Part shown: positions 18,671 to 27,488 of the stretch, piece by piece
Position numbering within the stretch: the first letter of the stretch is position 1
How the letters are laid out: every line of letters starts with the position of its first letter
NCBI GenBank assembly: GCA_014727925.1
Contig: WJMN01000027.1
Location: 1 to 46,074, forward strand
DNA from: Candidatus Micrarchaeota archaeon
GTDB lineage: Archaea > Micrarchaeota > Micrarchaeia > Anstonellales > Bilamarchaeaceae
Direction of reading: 5' to 3'
Length of the DNA stretch: 46,074 nucleotides
Notes under the pieces: model-generated
Told to the model about the DNA's origin: nothing
Databases searched by the model: none
What the model saw: the letters and a program-made list of their open reading frames with translations, nothing else
Made by a program: the position numbers and the translations under genes

Positions 18671-19297
18671 TCAACAATGTTTTTCAATTTCTTTTTCAGA
18701 GAGCAGTTCTGCCCCTTTATCTGTTATCAGCATTACTGTAACTCCTTCCCCGCTCGCTGAATCCCTCTTCATTGCAGTGTTAACTGATTTTACTGCAACG
18801 CGTATTGCTTCTTCTGTTTCAAGTTCCGGCTTGTAAAGCTCCTCTATAAGCCCCATAGCTATCGGGGAACCGCTTCCAGTTGCCGTGTATTTTTCTTCTG
18901 TTGCCCCCCCGAGCATGTCCACGCTGAATACTCTTGGGGACTTGTCCACACCCCCTATGAGTATCTGCACGAAAAACGGATAAAATTTATACTGGGAGAG
19001 AATGTTTGCAAGAAGGGTTGCTGCCGCCTCAACGCCCATTTGCCTCTGGTTTTTCAGTTCATACAGTTTGATTTCAGCTCTCATCCACCTTACTAGGTTC
19101 TGGGCATCGCCCACTCCTCCTGCGAGTGTCATGGCAATCCGGTCATTTATTTTCTCTATTTTCTGGACATCCTTGCTTGCGATGTAATAGCCCATTGTTG
19201 CTCTTTTATCACTCGCCAGAACCACTCCGTTTTTGCAAACAAGCCCCACGGTGGTCGTCCCGGTCTTCTTAACCTGGTCTGCCTTTGTTTCTTCCAT
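18671..19297 (-). CDS. psmB: Proteasome beta subunit
   Basis: Propeptide followed by TG/TTTVG, DKRAT, GDAQ, TGSGS, RDSASG. Confidence 0.96.
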   Translation of the reverse strand: MEETKADQVKKTGTTTVGLVCKNGVVLASDKRATMGYYIASKDVQKIEKINDRIAMTLAGGVGDAQNLVRWMRAEIKLYELKNQRQMGVEAAATLLANILSQYKFYPFFVQILIGGVDKSPRVFSVDMLGGATEEKYTATGSGSPIAMGLIEELYKPELETEEAIRVAVKSVNTAMKRDSASGEGVTVMLITDKGAELLSEKEIEKHC

Positions 19298-19523
19298 TCA
19301 CTCACCAAAAATAGTTCTGTATCTAACTGTTTTCTAAATATTTATAAAGGGTATTGCTATTTTCCAACTACTTTTCTGAAAAATAGGTTTATGTACTCAT
19401 TGTGAATAAAAGTGTTTAAAAATGTTTCTATTGCTTCCAAAGCCCAACATTTGTGGCAATTTCTGGCCAATAGTTGCTTTTCCTTACTATATTTAAGCCT
19501 TCCGGCTATTATAATATAAACTA

Positions 19524-20984
19524 ATGAAGGGCAGGCTCATCCATCGACCTACTGCAAAGCATCGTATTGCACCCCCCAGAGTATGCAGTGCAAAAATAAA
19601 GAGGCACAGCCGCCAACTGCACCTTCCGGGATGCTCCCGAATTCTTAAGCGACCAATGCCCGATGCAATTCTTTCTCCCCATGAATCCCATTCCATAGGA
19701 AACCTCAGAAAAATACTTGATGCTAACAGCTATACTCCAAGGGCAAAGAAGTTTATTGAGAAAGCCTATGCATTTTCCGAGAATCTTTACCAGGGAAAAA
19801 GAAGGGATGACGGAACCCACACAATAACCCACCCGCTTGCAGTGGCTGTGCGCGCGGCCAAAATGCGCCTATCTGAATACGCGGTATGTGCTGCCCTACT
19901 CCACGATTCAATAGAGGATACAAACCGTACAAAAAACCAGCCAGGGCAGGTTCTCCCCGACCACATCCTAAATCTTTTTGGAGAAAACCCCCCTGCCAGA
20001 AGATGCGGGGAAGAAACCCTAAAAACCGTCCTCCTACTCACAAAACCAAAATATCTTGACCGGCCAGGAACCCCCAAAAACCTGCGCTGGATTTCCCCTG
20101 ATAACAAACAGTATTTCAGCATAAATGATGATTATCAGCAGTGCTACAAGAGAGAGAACTATTTCTATGATGAGAGGAGCCGTATTTACTATGACCGCCT
20201 TCTGAATTCAGGGAACATAGTTGCAATAGTATTGAAAGAGCTGGACAACATACACAATGCTGAAACAATGAAAGGGATTTCCCGGGAAAAAATAATGAAG
20301 AATCTCAGGACCATGGGGACCAACACCCTTCAGCACGCAGGCATATTTTTTGTTGAAAAAGATGTGCAATACATAAAGGGCCTTTTTAGGGACCTTGGAG
20401 TAACTGTGGACCTCATGCTGACCCCTGCCCGCCCCCGTTCAGAAGTCATTTCCTTTAAATTGCGGGACAGGATTGACCTGGAAACACTTGTTTCCCATCC
20501 CGACCCCCAGTATACCTATATTTCACTCTATGGTTCAATACCCGAAGTCGCCCTTATGCTGGATTATGTTGAAATTGGGCTTCCCCCCCGCCTTGGCCTG
20601 AACTACAAGGAACTTCTGAATATTTATTTCAATGGGGATTTTCTCCTGGAGGAGGGGAAGAGCGTTGTTCCATCCACTTCCCCTGTAAATGAGCACATAC
20701 TACGGGTCGGAGGCTTCCTTGACCAGAAAACCAGGAACAAGGTGCTCCGCCCTTCTGATGAGGAGTCTGGCTATTTTGAACTGCTCGGGTACGGCGGTGA
20801 AGTAGTTACCCGTGCCACCCTTCATGGAGTGAAGGAAGGCGATGTAAAATTGGGGGAACCAACAAGGGAACCTCTTAAGCAGGTTAAGCAGCAATACCAC
20901 CTCCTCAATCTGTACCTTTGTGGATTTTACCAGGACGTCCTTGTCCCAATCCTGGAAAAAATGGACATAAACAAAAGCAGCTAA
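19524..20984 (+). CDS. RelA/SpoT-type HD hydrolase domain protein with basic N-terminal tail and unknown C-terminal domain
   Basis: IEKAYAFS...GKRRDDG...ITHPLAVA, AALLHDSIEDT, LLTK and IVLKELDNIHN match the RSH hydrolase motifs. TATA-like TATTTAAG lies about 27 nt before the ATG. Confidence 0.8.
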   Translation: MKGRLIHRPTAKHRIAPPRVCSAKIKRHSRQLHLPGCSRILKRPMPDAILSPHESHSIGNLRKILDANSYTPRAKKFIEKAYAFSENLYQGKRRDDGTHTITHPLAVAVRAAKMRLSEYAVCAALLHDSIEDTNRTKNQPGQVLPDHILNLFGENPPARRCGEETLKTVLLLTKPKYLDRPGTPKNLRWISPDNKQYFSINDDYQQCYKRENYFYDERSRIYYDRLLNSGNIVAIVLKELDNIHNAETMKGISREKIMKNLRTMGTNTLQHAGIFFVEKDVQYIKGLFRDLGVTVDLMLTPARPRSEVISFKLRDRIDLETLVSHPDPQYTYISLYGSIPEVALMLDYVEIGLPPRLGLNYKELLNIYFNGDFLLEEGKSVVPSTSPVNEHILRVGGFLDQKTRNKVLRPSDEESGYFELLGYGGEVVTRATLHGVKEGDVKLGEPTREPLKQVKQQYHLLNLYLCGFYQDVLVPILEKMDINKSS

Positions 20985-21033
20985 CTGCCTGCCCCGGGCA
21001 ATTATTTAAAACCTCCCTATTATTATCCTATCA

Positions 21034-21651
21034 ATGGAATCCAGTGTTTCCCAGTTTAATTTTTTAGGACTCAAGCTTGATGTATTCAGGGGTGTCTATG
21101 CCCCGCAGGAAGACTCCATTCTCCTAGCCAAGCACACCCATTCAATCTGCGGAAACATACTTGAGCTGGGTACTGGATGTGGCATTTCCGCCCTTTCAAA
21201 TGCTTCGCGCAATCCGAAAAATTATGTTCTTGGCCTTGACATCAATCCAAAAGCAGTGAAGAATGCAGAGTACAATGCCAGCCACAATAAAATCAGGAAC
21301 GCCCGTTTTATCCAGTCAGACCTTTTTTCCGTAGTCCCCACTCTCCGCTTTGATGCAATCCTTTTCAATCCGCCCTATCTTCCAGAAAGCCACCGGCCCC
21401 AGGGAAAGCCCTCTCCGGTAGATGCCGCGCTTTACAGCGGCAGGGATGGCCGCCTTCATACTGATTCTTTCCTCCATCACTTGGATGATTACCTTCTTCC
21501 CGGGGGCAAGGCCTTTCTTGTCCAGAGCACCCACACAGACATCCCCCGTACCCTGGAACTTTCCCATTCCCTTGGCTTTTCATCAGAAATAGTGGAAGAG
21601 CAATCTTTCTTTTTTGAGAAAATCGCCCTGCTCAAACTGTTTAAAGAATGA
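21034..21651 (+). CDS. HemK2/Mtq2-family N5-glutamine methyltransferase
   Basis: VYAPQEDSILL, LELGTGCG, DINP, SDLF, FNPPYLP. Confidence 0.9.
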   Translation: MESSVSQFNFLGLKLDVFRGVYAPQEDSILLAKHTHSICGNILELGTGCGISALSNASRNPKNYVLGLDINPKAVKNAEYNASHNKIRNARFIQSDLFSVVPTLRFDAILFNPPYLPESHRPQGKPSPVDAALYSGRDGRLHTDSFLHHLDDYLLPGGKAFLVQSTHTDIPRTLELSHSLGFSSEIVEEQSFFFEKIALLKLFKE

Positions 21652-22807
21652 TGTAAACTTTTCCCTTTTTGCTTACAGTCATCGCGGTTTCCCCCGACCA
21701 GTCAAAGGTTTTTGAGTATGCTTTTTCCAGCTTTAATTTCATTCCCGGCCTTATGGGGTTGCCCCTCTGGTTGAAAAGGTAAATCAGCCCCTCGCTCCCG
21801 TCCGGGTCAGCCACCACAATACGGGTAAACACATCCTTTTTCGTCTTTGTCCTCTGATAATCCTTGTGCTCAAGCGATTTCACATAAAGCGCTCCCGTGT
21901 TTATGTTTTTCATTCCGCTCTGTATCTCAGTAATGTCTGTTATGTTCAGTTCCTTATAGCGTTTTTTCGCCACATCAAATGCAAGCTTTATCTGGTCCTC
22001 AGTGTTTTTGGTCAGCTTTTTCATTGCCTTTTTCATCACCTTTTCGTCTCCTTTGCTGGCCATCATAGTATCAAATGCAAACTTGAATACAGTTCCCCCC
22101 GGGGACATATCCGCATTTTCCTTTGCCCATTCTTCCTCCGGGCTGGGTCCATCCTCAACTGCGCTCTCATCCTCCAGTGAGCTTTTTTCAACTTCCTTGA
22201 ATACTTCGTCTGGCTTGAGCTCCTTGGTTGAAACAAGCCCCAGCTCTTCTGCAAGGGATTTCTGCCGTGGTTCAGATACTTCTGTTTCTTTTTCCCCACT
22301 GCCAGCAACAACATCCAGGTAGCCCTCCAGCATCTCCTCAACTACTTTCTTGTTTTCCTTGCTTATTTCCCTTTCTCCCCCCTCTTTCTCCTCCATGGCC
22401 TTCATGTACATTTTCTCAAGGGTAGGCATCATCCTCTTCTTCATCTTTTTTGCCCGCTCCTTGCCAAGCTTTTCCTCAAACATTTTCTCTATCGGCTCAA
22501 GCATTTTTTCCCGCGCGGTGGTCCGGGGCCTTTCCTGCTCCTCCTTCTCCTCTTTTCTCTCCCCGTTTTCCCCCTTGGAAAAAACATCTGCAAAGGACAT
22601 CATTTCCGGTTCTTTTCCCTTTGCCTCATCAAGCAGCTTACGGGCCGTCTCCTGAACGTTCTTGTCCTTGTCATAAGTAAGCTCAACAAGCGCAAACATT
22701 GCGCCTGGTGCATCGTATTTTGCAAGCTCTACTGCAGCCTGCTTCCTGACCTTTGGGTCCGAATCAAAGGTTAATGAGATAAGTTCATGCAGCCCCATCT
22801 TCTTCAT
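21641..22807 (-). CDS. HEAT-repeat protein with charged linker and C-terminal SSB/RPA-like OB fold
   Basis: HEAT repeats DSDPKVRKQAAVEL and DKDKNVQETA. OB-like C-terminus ITEIQSGMKNIN...VVADPDG...IYLF...IRPGMKLKLEKAY. Confidence 0.7.
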   Translation of the reverse strand: MKKMGLHELISLTFDSDPKVRKQAAVELAKYDAPGAMFALVELTYDKDKNVQETARKLLDEAKGKEPEMMSFADVFSKGENGERKEEKEEQERPRTTAREKMLEPIEKMFEEKLGKERAKKMKKRMMPTLEKMYMKAMEEKEGGEREISKENKKVVEEMLEGYLDVVAGSGEKETEVSEPRQKSLAEELGLVSTKELKPDEVFKEVEKSSLEDESAVEDGPSPEEEWAKENADMSPGGTVFKFAFDTMMASKGDEKVMKKAMKKLTKNTEDQIKLAFDVAKKRYKELNITDITEIQSGMKNINTGALYVKSLEHKDYQRTKTKKDVFTRIVVADPDGSEGLIYLFNQRGNPIRPGMKLKLEKAYSKTFDWSGETAMTVSKKGKVYIIL

Positions 22808-23549
22808 GTTCTCTACCTTCCAGTTCTTCAAGCACAACCCTCAGCACATTCATCACCGAGCGTCCCTCCTTCTCAGTGGGGTTTGCCCGACCGATTATCC
22901 TCCTGAATGCCACCTCGCACCTTTTTGGATTGCGGAACGTATATCTCCCTACCAAACTTTTAAACATTTGGTTAAGCACTTCCTTTTCCTTTCCATGAAG
23001 CCTCTCTTCCCTCGTTTTTCTCTTTTTCCCAAGCCCCAGCGCATAGATTGCAACCGCCACTGCATGGGAGAGGTTCATAACAGGGTATTCGCTGTTTGTT
23101 TCTATATTAACAAGGTAGTCACATTCTCCGATTTCCCCCTCATCCAGCCCGATTCCTTCTCTCCCGAACACCAGGGCCAGGTTGCCCTTGTATCCCCCGC
23201 GCATTTCCCTGAATTTTTTTAGTGGCACCACTGTCCTTATGCTTCCCCGGTGCCGCCTTATTATTCCTGTGAACCCAACTGCAGCATCACAGTCTTCCAC
23301 CGCTTCCCTGAGGCTCCCGAACCTCTTTGAGCTTTCTAGCACCTCTCTTGCATGCTTTGAATACATTATTGCTGTTTTACCCGCAGGGCAGGCTGGTTCC
23401 ACAACCCTCAGTTCATCCAGCCCAAAGTTTTTCATTACCCTTGCGACCATCCCAAGATTGGTTTCGTATTCCGGGCCTACAAGCACAATAATGCTCCTGC
23501 CCCTTCCTCCGGGCTTTGCCTTCTTTTTTGTTTTTTTCTGAAGTGCCAC
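22785..23549 (-). CDS. trmJ: TrmJ-family SPOUT tRNA methyltransferase
   Basis: NLGMVARVMKNFG, LVFGREGIGL, YPVMNLSHAV. Confidence 0.9.
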   Translation of the reverse strand: MALQKKTKKKAKPGGRGRSIIVLVGPEYETNLGMVARVMKNFGLDELRVVEPACPAGKTAIMYSKHAREVLESSKRFGSLREAVEDCDAAVGFTGIIRRHRGSIRTVVPLKKFREMRGGYKGNLALVFGREGIGLDEGEIGECDYLVNIETNSEYPVMNLSHAVAVAIYALGLGKKRKTREERLHGKEKEVLNQMFKSLVGRYTFRNPKRCEVAFRRIIGRANPTEKEGRSVMNVLRVVLEELEGREHEEDGAA

Positions 23550-23632
23550 TTTCCCACTCCTTTAAAAGGATTACTCCTATAAACTCCTCTACACAGTTTA
23601 TTTCTAAAAGCTTAAGCATTTTTGTGGTTTGC

Positions 23633-24163
23633 ATGGACATTGAGGAAGTAGAGCAACGGATAGATGAGCTGGAAAATAAGAAATCCAAGCTCATTTCCGA
23701 GATAAAAAAGAACTACGGCAGAATCCGTTACAAGAAGTATGAAGAAAAGGCACTGGAGCCCTTCCTCAAAGAGACCCAGGATGTTATGGTGGGCCCTGTC
23801 CGCAAGAAACTGCGCAGGCTTGAGTTCAAGATTGCCACGCAGGCATACACCCCCCAGATAGAGCGCCAGCTTGTCAAAGAGGTAAAGAAAGTTGAGGACA
23901 AGCTAAAGGAGCTCCGCGCAGTTGAAAAGGCAAGGCGCAAGAAGAAGCTTGTGAAGCAGGACATTGAAGAAGCGGAAAACCGCATTTCTGAAATAGAGGA
24001 AGAGCTTACCGGGATGCGGGCAGAGCTCAAGGAGCTCTATGGAAAGCGCAAGGCCCTCAGGTCCGGCAAGAAGCACGGCATTGTGTTCGGGGAAAAGCCC
24101 GACGATATGGTCTCCATGGAGGATATTGTTGTCCTTGAGGATACCCGGGAAAAAAGAGATTAG
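23633..24163 (+). CDS. Archaeal coiled-coil protein
   Basis: Heptad-rich sequence; the LEFKIATQAYTPQIERQLVKEV segment resembles COG1340-like proteins. Confidence 0.7.
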   Translation: MDIEEVEQRIDELENKKSKLISEIKKNYGRIRYKKYEEKALEPFLKETQDVMVGPVRKKLRRLEFKIATQAYTPQIERQLVKEVKKVEDKLKELRAVEKARRKKKLVKQDIEEAENRISEIEEELTGMRAELKELYGKRKALRSGKKHGIVFGEKPDDMVSMEDIVVLEDTREKRD

Positions 24164-24201
24164 ATATTCCCCCATTTCAAAATGAAATGCTTCCACCAAT
24201 T

Positions 24202-24582
24202 TTATTTTTTGCCCAGGCACCCAATTATTTCTCCATGGTCAAAGGCAAGCTCCGGAAGCTCATCTAGCAGAAACCATCCCGCTTCCCCAGCATCATCGCC
24301 ACCCATCGCCACCCCTCCCCTTTTCCTGCATAGATAAGCAATTGAAATTGTTCTCCTTGGGTCCCTCTCAGGTTCAGAAAAAACGCCAACAATCTCTTCC
24401 ACTTCTACCTCCAGCCCTGTTTCCTCCTCCACTTCCCGCACGCACGCTTCTTCAGCAGTTTCCCCCCTATCCACAAAACCTCCGGGAAGCGCCCACTTTC
24501 CCTTGTCCGGTTCCCTCCCCCTTTTTATGAGCAATATTTTTCCATTTTCAATAATAAGCGCATCAACAGTTGCAGGCCGCAT
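24202..24582 (-). CDS. NUDIX hydrolase (ADP-ribose pyrophosphatase-like)
   Basis: WALPGG, Nudix box GETAEEACVREVEEETGL, RDPR, LAFDH. Confidence 0.93.
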   Translation of the reverse strand: MRPATVDALIIENGKILLIKRGREPDKGKWALPGGFVDRGETAEEACVREVEEETGLEVEVEEIVGVFSEPERDPRRTISIAYLCRKRGGVAMGGDDAGEAGWFLLDELPELAFDHGEIIGCLGKK

Positions 24583-24614
24583 GCACCTCTTTATACATAA
24601 AAAGCTTTATCCCT

Positions 24615-24838
24615 TTAGCATTGCCTTCCTGAGCAGGCCCCCCTCAGATTCTTCAGTTTTTCATTTGCTTCCTCATAGCGTGTGAGCGCATCCTTGCACC
24701 GCTGCCCCCTCATAATTTACCTTGCATATCTGGGCAGCCCCACAATCCCCCGGTGATGAGAGCCGAAGCAAAAACTGCGGCAGCAGCCTTCAGGTTAGCT
24801 TTTCCGGGATTTGGCCTCCGGACTAATCTATGCCTCAG
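24615..24838 (-). pseudogene. Frameshifted, truncated paralog of the adjacent lipoprotein gene
   Basis: Starts immediately after the upstream stop with CTG. Joining two frameshifts gives RHRLVRRPNPGKANLKAAAAVFASALITG-GCGAAQICKVNYEGQRCKDALTRYEEA, compared with KTGRKIAAAALSAAMGLGMAGCGKAPQCRVYYRGQERSICTRFLEGY upstream. Confidence 0.65.
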
Positions 24839-25345
24839 TTATCCCCACCCGTATTCAACAAGCTGTTTTCTTATTTTGTTTATGCTTTCAATAAGTTCCC
24901 CGAGTTCCTTGACTGCCTGCTTCATCTCCACTGCTTTTGCTTCCCCCTTGTCTATACGGGATTTGATATAGTGCTTGCTGCTAATTTCCCTCAGCAGGCA
25001 TTCTGCATTTACCCTCATTTCCTCCAGTTTTTGCTCTTCTTCTAAGGTGTTATCCCCCTCTTTCTTTTTTATCGCGATGTTTTTTTCAAGTTCCCGGAAT
25101 TGCCCCCTCATTTTTCTTCCATTTCTTAGTGCCCCCCTGTACCCCTCTAGGAATCTTGTGCAAATGCTCCTCTCCTGTCCCCGGTAATACACCCTGCACT
25201 GGGGGGCCTTTCCGCATCCTGCCATTCCCAAGCCCATTGCTGCAGATAGTGCAGCTGCGGCTATTTTCCTGCCCGTTTTACTCCCCACAGGCCTACTGAT
25301 TTTCCTCATGCTTCTCTTTATTGGCCGGGAATATTTTATAAACAT
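24839..25345 (-). CDS. Putative lipoprotein with coiled-coil C-terminus
   Basis: Basic N-region, Ala-rich H-region, lipobox-like MAGC. Confidence 0.65.
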   Translation of the reverse strand: MFIKYSRPIKRSMRKISRPVGSKTGRKIAAAALSAAMGLGMAGCGKAPQCRVYYRGQERSICTRFLEGYRGALRNGRKMRGQFRELEKNIAIKKKEGDNTLEEEQKLEEMRVNAECLLREISSKHYIKSRIDKGEAKAVEMKQAVKELGELIESINKIRKQLVEYGWG

Positions 25346-25405
25346 AACCTTTCACCAACTACCATATCCTTTCTTTTTTAAATAGAAGCAACCAGAAGTG
25401 TTTGC

Positions 25406-26731
25406 ATGGAGTTGGGTAAGAGCCTAAGAAAGCTCGTTTCCAAGATAACGAATGCGCCGGTTGTTGACGAGAAGGCAGTAAAGTCTTTTGTCCGCGACCT
25501 CCAGCGTGTGCTGATCGCATCTGATGTGAGCGTAAAGCTGGTTTTTGACCTGACCAAGAGGATAGAGAAACGCGCCCTGGAGTCCGAGCAGCTTGAGGGC
25601 CTCACCCTCCGGGAGCACCTCCTGAAGATTGTCCATGATGAGCTGATTGCTTTTATGGGTGCTGCATACTCCCCCCGCATGGACAAGCACAAAATCCTCC
25701 TTATGGGGCTCTTCGGCGCGGGAAAAACTTCTACAACAGGAAAGCTTGCTTACTTTTACAAAAAGCGCGGTTTCAAGGTTGGGGTGGTGGGCGCAGACGT
25801 TGAGAGACCCGCAGCCCAGGAGCAGCTCCAGCAGCTCTCAGAGCAAATCGGAGTTAATTTCTATACTGTAAAAGGCGAACCCGAAGCCTATAAGGTGGTG
25901 GAGGATGCACTTTCCCGTTCTGAAGATGATGTTCTTATTGTGGATTCCGCAGGAAGAAATGCATTTGATGACCGCCTTGCCGAGGAGTTATCCAAAATAA
26001 AAAAAGCACTTTCCCCTGATGAATCATACCTGGTTTTGAGCGCTGATGTGGGGCAGGTTGCAGGAAAGCAGGCAGAGCAGTTCAATTCCCTCGTCCCAAT
26101 CAGCGGAGTCATTGTTACCAAGATGGATGGTTCAGGAAAAGGGGGAGGCGCCCTCTCTGCCGTTTCCGCTTCCGTGGCCAAAATTGCATTTGTAGGAATG
26201 GGGGAAAAAATGGAGGACCTGCAGGTTTACGACCCTGCAAAATACGTGGGCCGCCTTCTGGGAATTCCTGATATTGAAGGCCTTATGGAGAAGGTGAAGG
26301 CTGCCTCAGAGCAAGCCCAGATTTCCCCGGAAGACATCAAGGAATTCACAATAGAAACTTTTTACCAGCAACTTAAGGCCGCAAAAAACATGGGGCCCCT
26401 AGGCGGCATTTTTTCCATGATGGGAATGAGCGACCTTCCTGAGGAAATGGTAAACCAGGGTGAAGGAAAGCTCCAGGAATATGAAGCAATAATCAATTCC
26501 ATGACCAAAGACGAGCGCAAGGATGTTTCCCTGATTAGAAAGTCTCGTTCCCGCATGGAAAGGATTGCAGAAGGCTCCGGCCACCCGCTTGAGGATGTCC
26601 GTGCCTTCCTCTCCCAGTTTTCCAAAATGGAGAAGATGTTTACCCGCTTCCGAAAAGACAGGGGTTTCCGCAAGAAGATGGAAAAGATGCTAAAAGGCGG
26701 AGGGGGCGGAATGAACCTGCCCGGAATGTAA
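25406..26731 (+). CDS. srp54: Signal recognition particle protein SRP54
   Basis: GLFGAGKT, DVERPAA, DSAGR, TKMDG..KGGGALS, M domain (MGPL, IINSMT.DER, RIAEGSG). Confidence 0.96.
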   Translation: MELGKSLRKLVSKITNAPVVDEKAVKSFVRDLQRVLIASDVSVKLVFDLTKRIEKRALESEQLEGLTLREHLLKIVHDELIAFMGAAYSPRMDKHKILLMGLFGAGKTSTTGKLAYFYKKRGFKVGVVGADVERPAAQEQLQQLSEQIGVNFYTVKGEPEAYKVVEDALSRSEDDVLIVDSAGRNAFDDRLAEELSKIKKALSPDESYLVLSADVGQVAGKQAEQFNSLVPISGVIVTKMDGSGKGGGALSAVSASVAKIAFVGMGEKMEDLQVYDPAKYVGRLLGIPDIEGLMEKVKAASEQAQISPEDIKEFTIETFYQQLKAAKNMGPLGGIFSMMGMSDLPEEMVNQGEGKLQEYEAIINSMTKDERKDVSLIRKSRSRMERIAEGSGHPLEDVRAFLSQFSKMEKMFTRFRKDRGFRKKMEKMLKGGGGGMNLPGM

Positions 26732-26733
26732 TC

Positions 26734-27216
26734 CTAAATTTTCTTTCCTGCTCCGCTAAGCATTTCCCCAAAATCTTCCTTTACTATCTTGTCAAATTCA
26801 CACTCCAGCCGCTCTCCGAGCTCATGAATCCTTTCTGCATCCTCACCCCGAATCAGCATAAAGTTCCCGAGCTGGTTTATATGCACAAGCCATATTTCTT
26901 CTCTTCCCAGAACGTAAACTTTCTTTTCCATTACAACCTGCCCGAGGCTGCTGAACAGTTTGTTGAAAATCCTCCTTGCCCCCATTGCTTCCCCAACCGG
27001 GGTTAAAGCAATATCAAAGCACCCGTTTTCTTCATTGTATGCAACCAGCACCATCCGGGCCCCCTTCTCACCCTGCACTATTTTCAGCGCCCCCCGGCCC
27101 TCAGTGTCAAAATAAATAGCCGTTTCCTTAAACTCCCCCACCTTGCTACCATCTAGGTTCCTGATCTTCTGCTCTATTCCTGCAAATCCCCCGCACCGTA
27201 CTTTCAGCTCTTTCAT
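26734..27216 (-). CDS. Degenerate CYTH (class IV adenylyl cyclase-like) protein
   Basis: N-terminal KELKVR (ExExK-like), ETAIYFD, and KKVYVL...HINQLGNF (DxVxxLGxFxE-like) with acidic residues lost. Confidence 0.55.
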   Translation of the reverse strand: MKELKVRCGGFAGIEQKIRNLDGSKVGEFKETAIYFDTEGRGALKIVQGEKGARMVLVAYNEENGCFDIALTPVGEAMGARRIFNKLFSSLGQVVMEKKVYVLGREEIWLVHINQLGNFMLIRGEDAERIHELGERLECEFDKIVKEDFGEMLSGAGKKI

Positions 27217-27270
27217 ATTAGATAGAGTTTTAGCGCTATATTTTTAATCTTCACTTTACATTTTCAAAAC

Positions 27271-27483
27271 ATGCCCATCAAAATAAATCATTCCAGGTGC
27301 ATACAGTGCATAGGGTGCGCATCAGTATGCCCCACCGGGGCAATTGAACTGGATGGCCTCAGGATGGTCTTCCATCCCGAGAAATGCATTTCCTGCGGCG
27401 CATGCGCAAGGGCCTGCCCTGCAAACGCAATCAAGTTTATCCCCAAAGAAGGGGCAAAGCAGGAGCAGAAAAAAGAGGAATGA
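27271..27483 (+). CDS. 2x[4Fe-4S] ferredoxin
   Basis: CIQCIGCASVCP and CISCGACARACP. Confidence 0.95.
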   Translation: MPIKINHSRCIQCIGCASVCPTGAIELDGLRMVFHPEKCISCGACARACPANAIKFIPKEGAKQEQKKEE

Positions 27484-27488
27484 TTCCC

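Noticed and set aside
19298-19523. AT-rich intergenic region as a replication origin
   Set aside because: No ORB-like repeats or cdc6 gene are present; it is consistent with divergent promoters.
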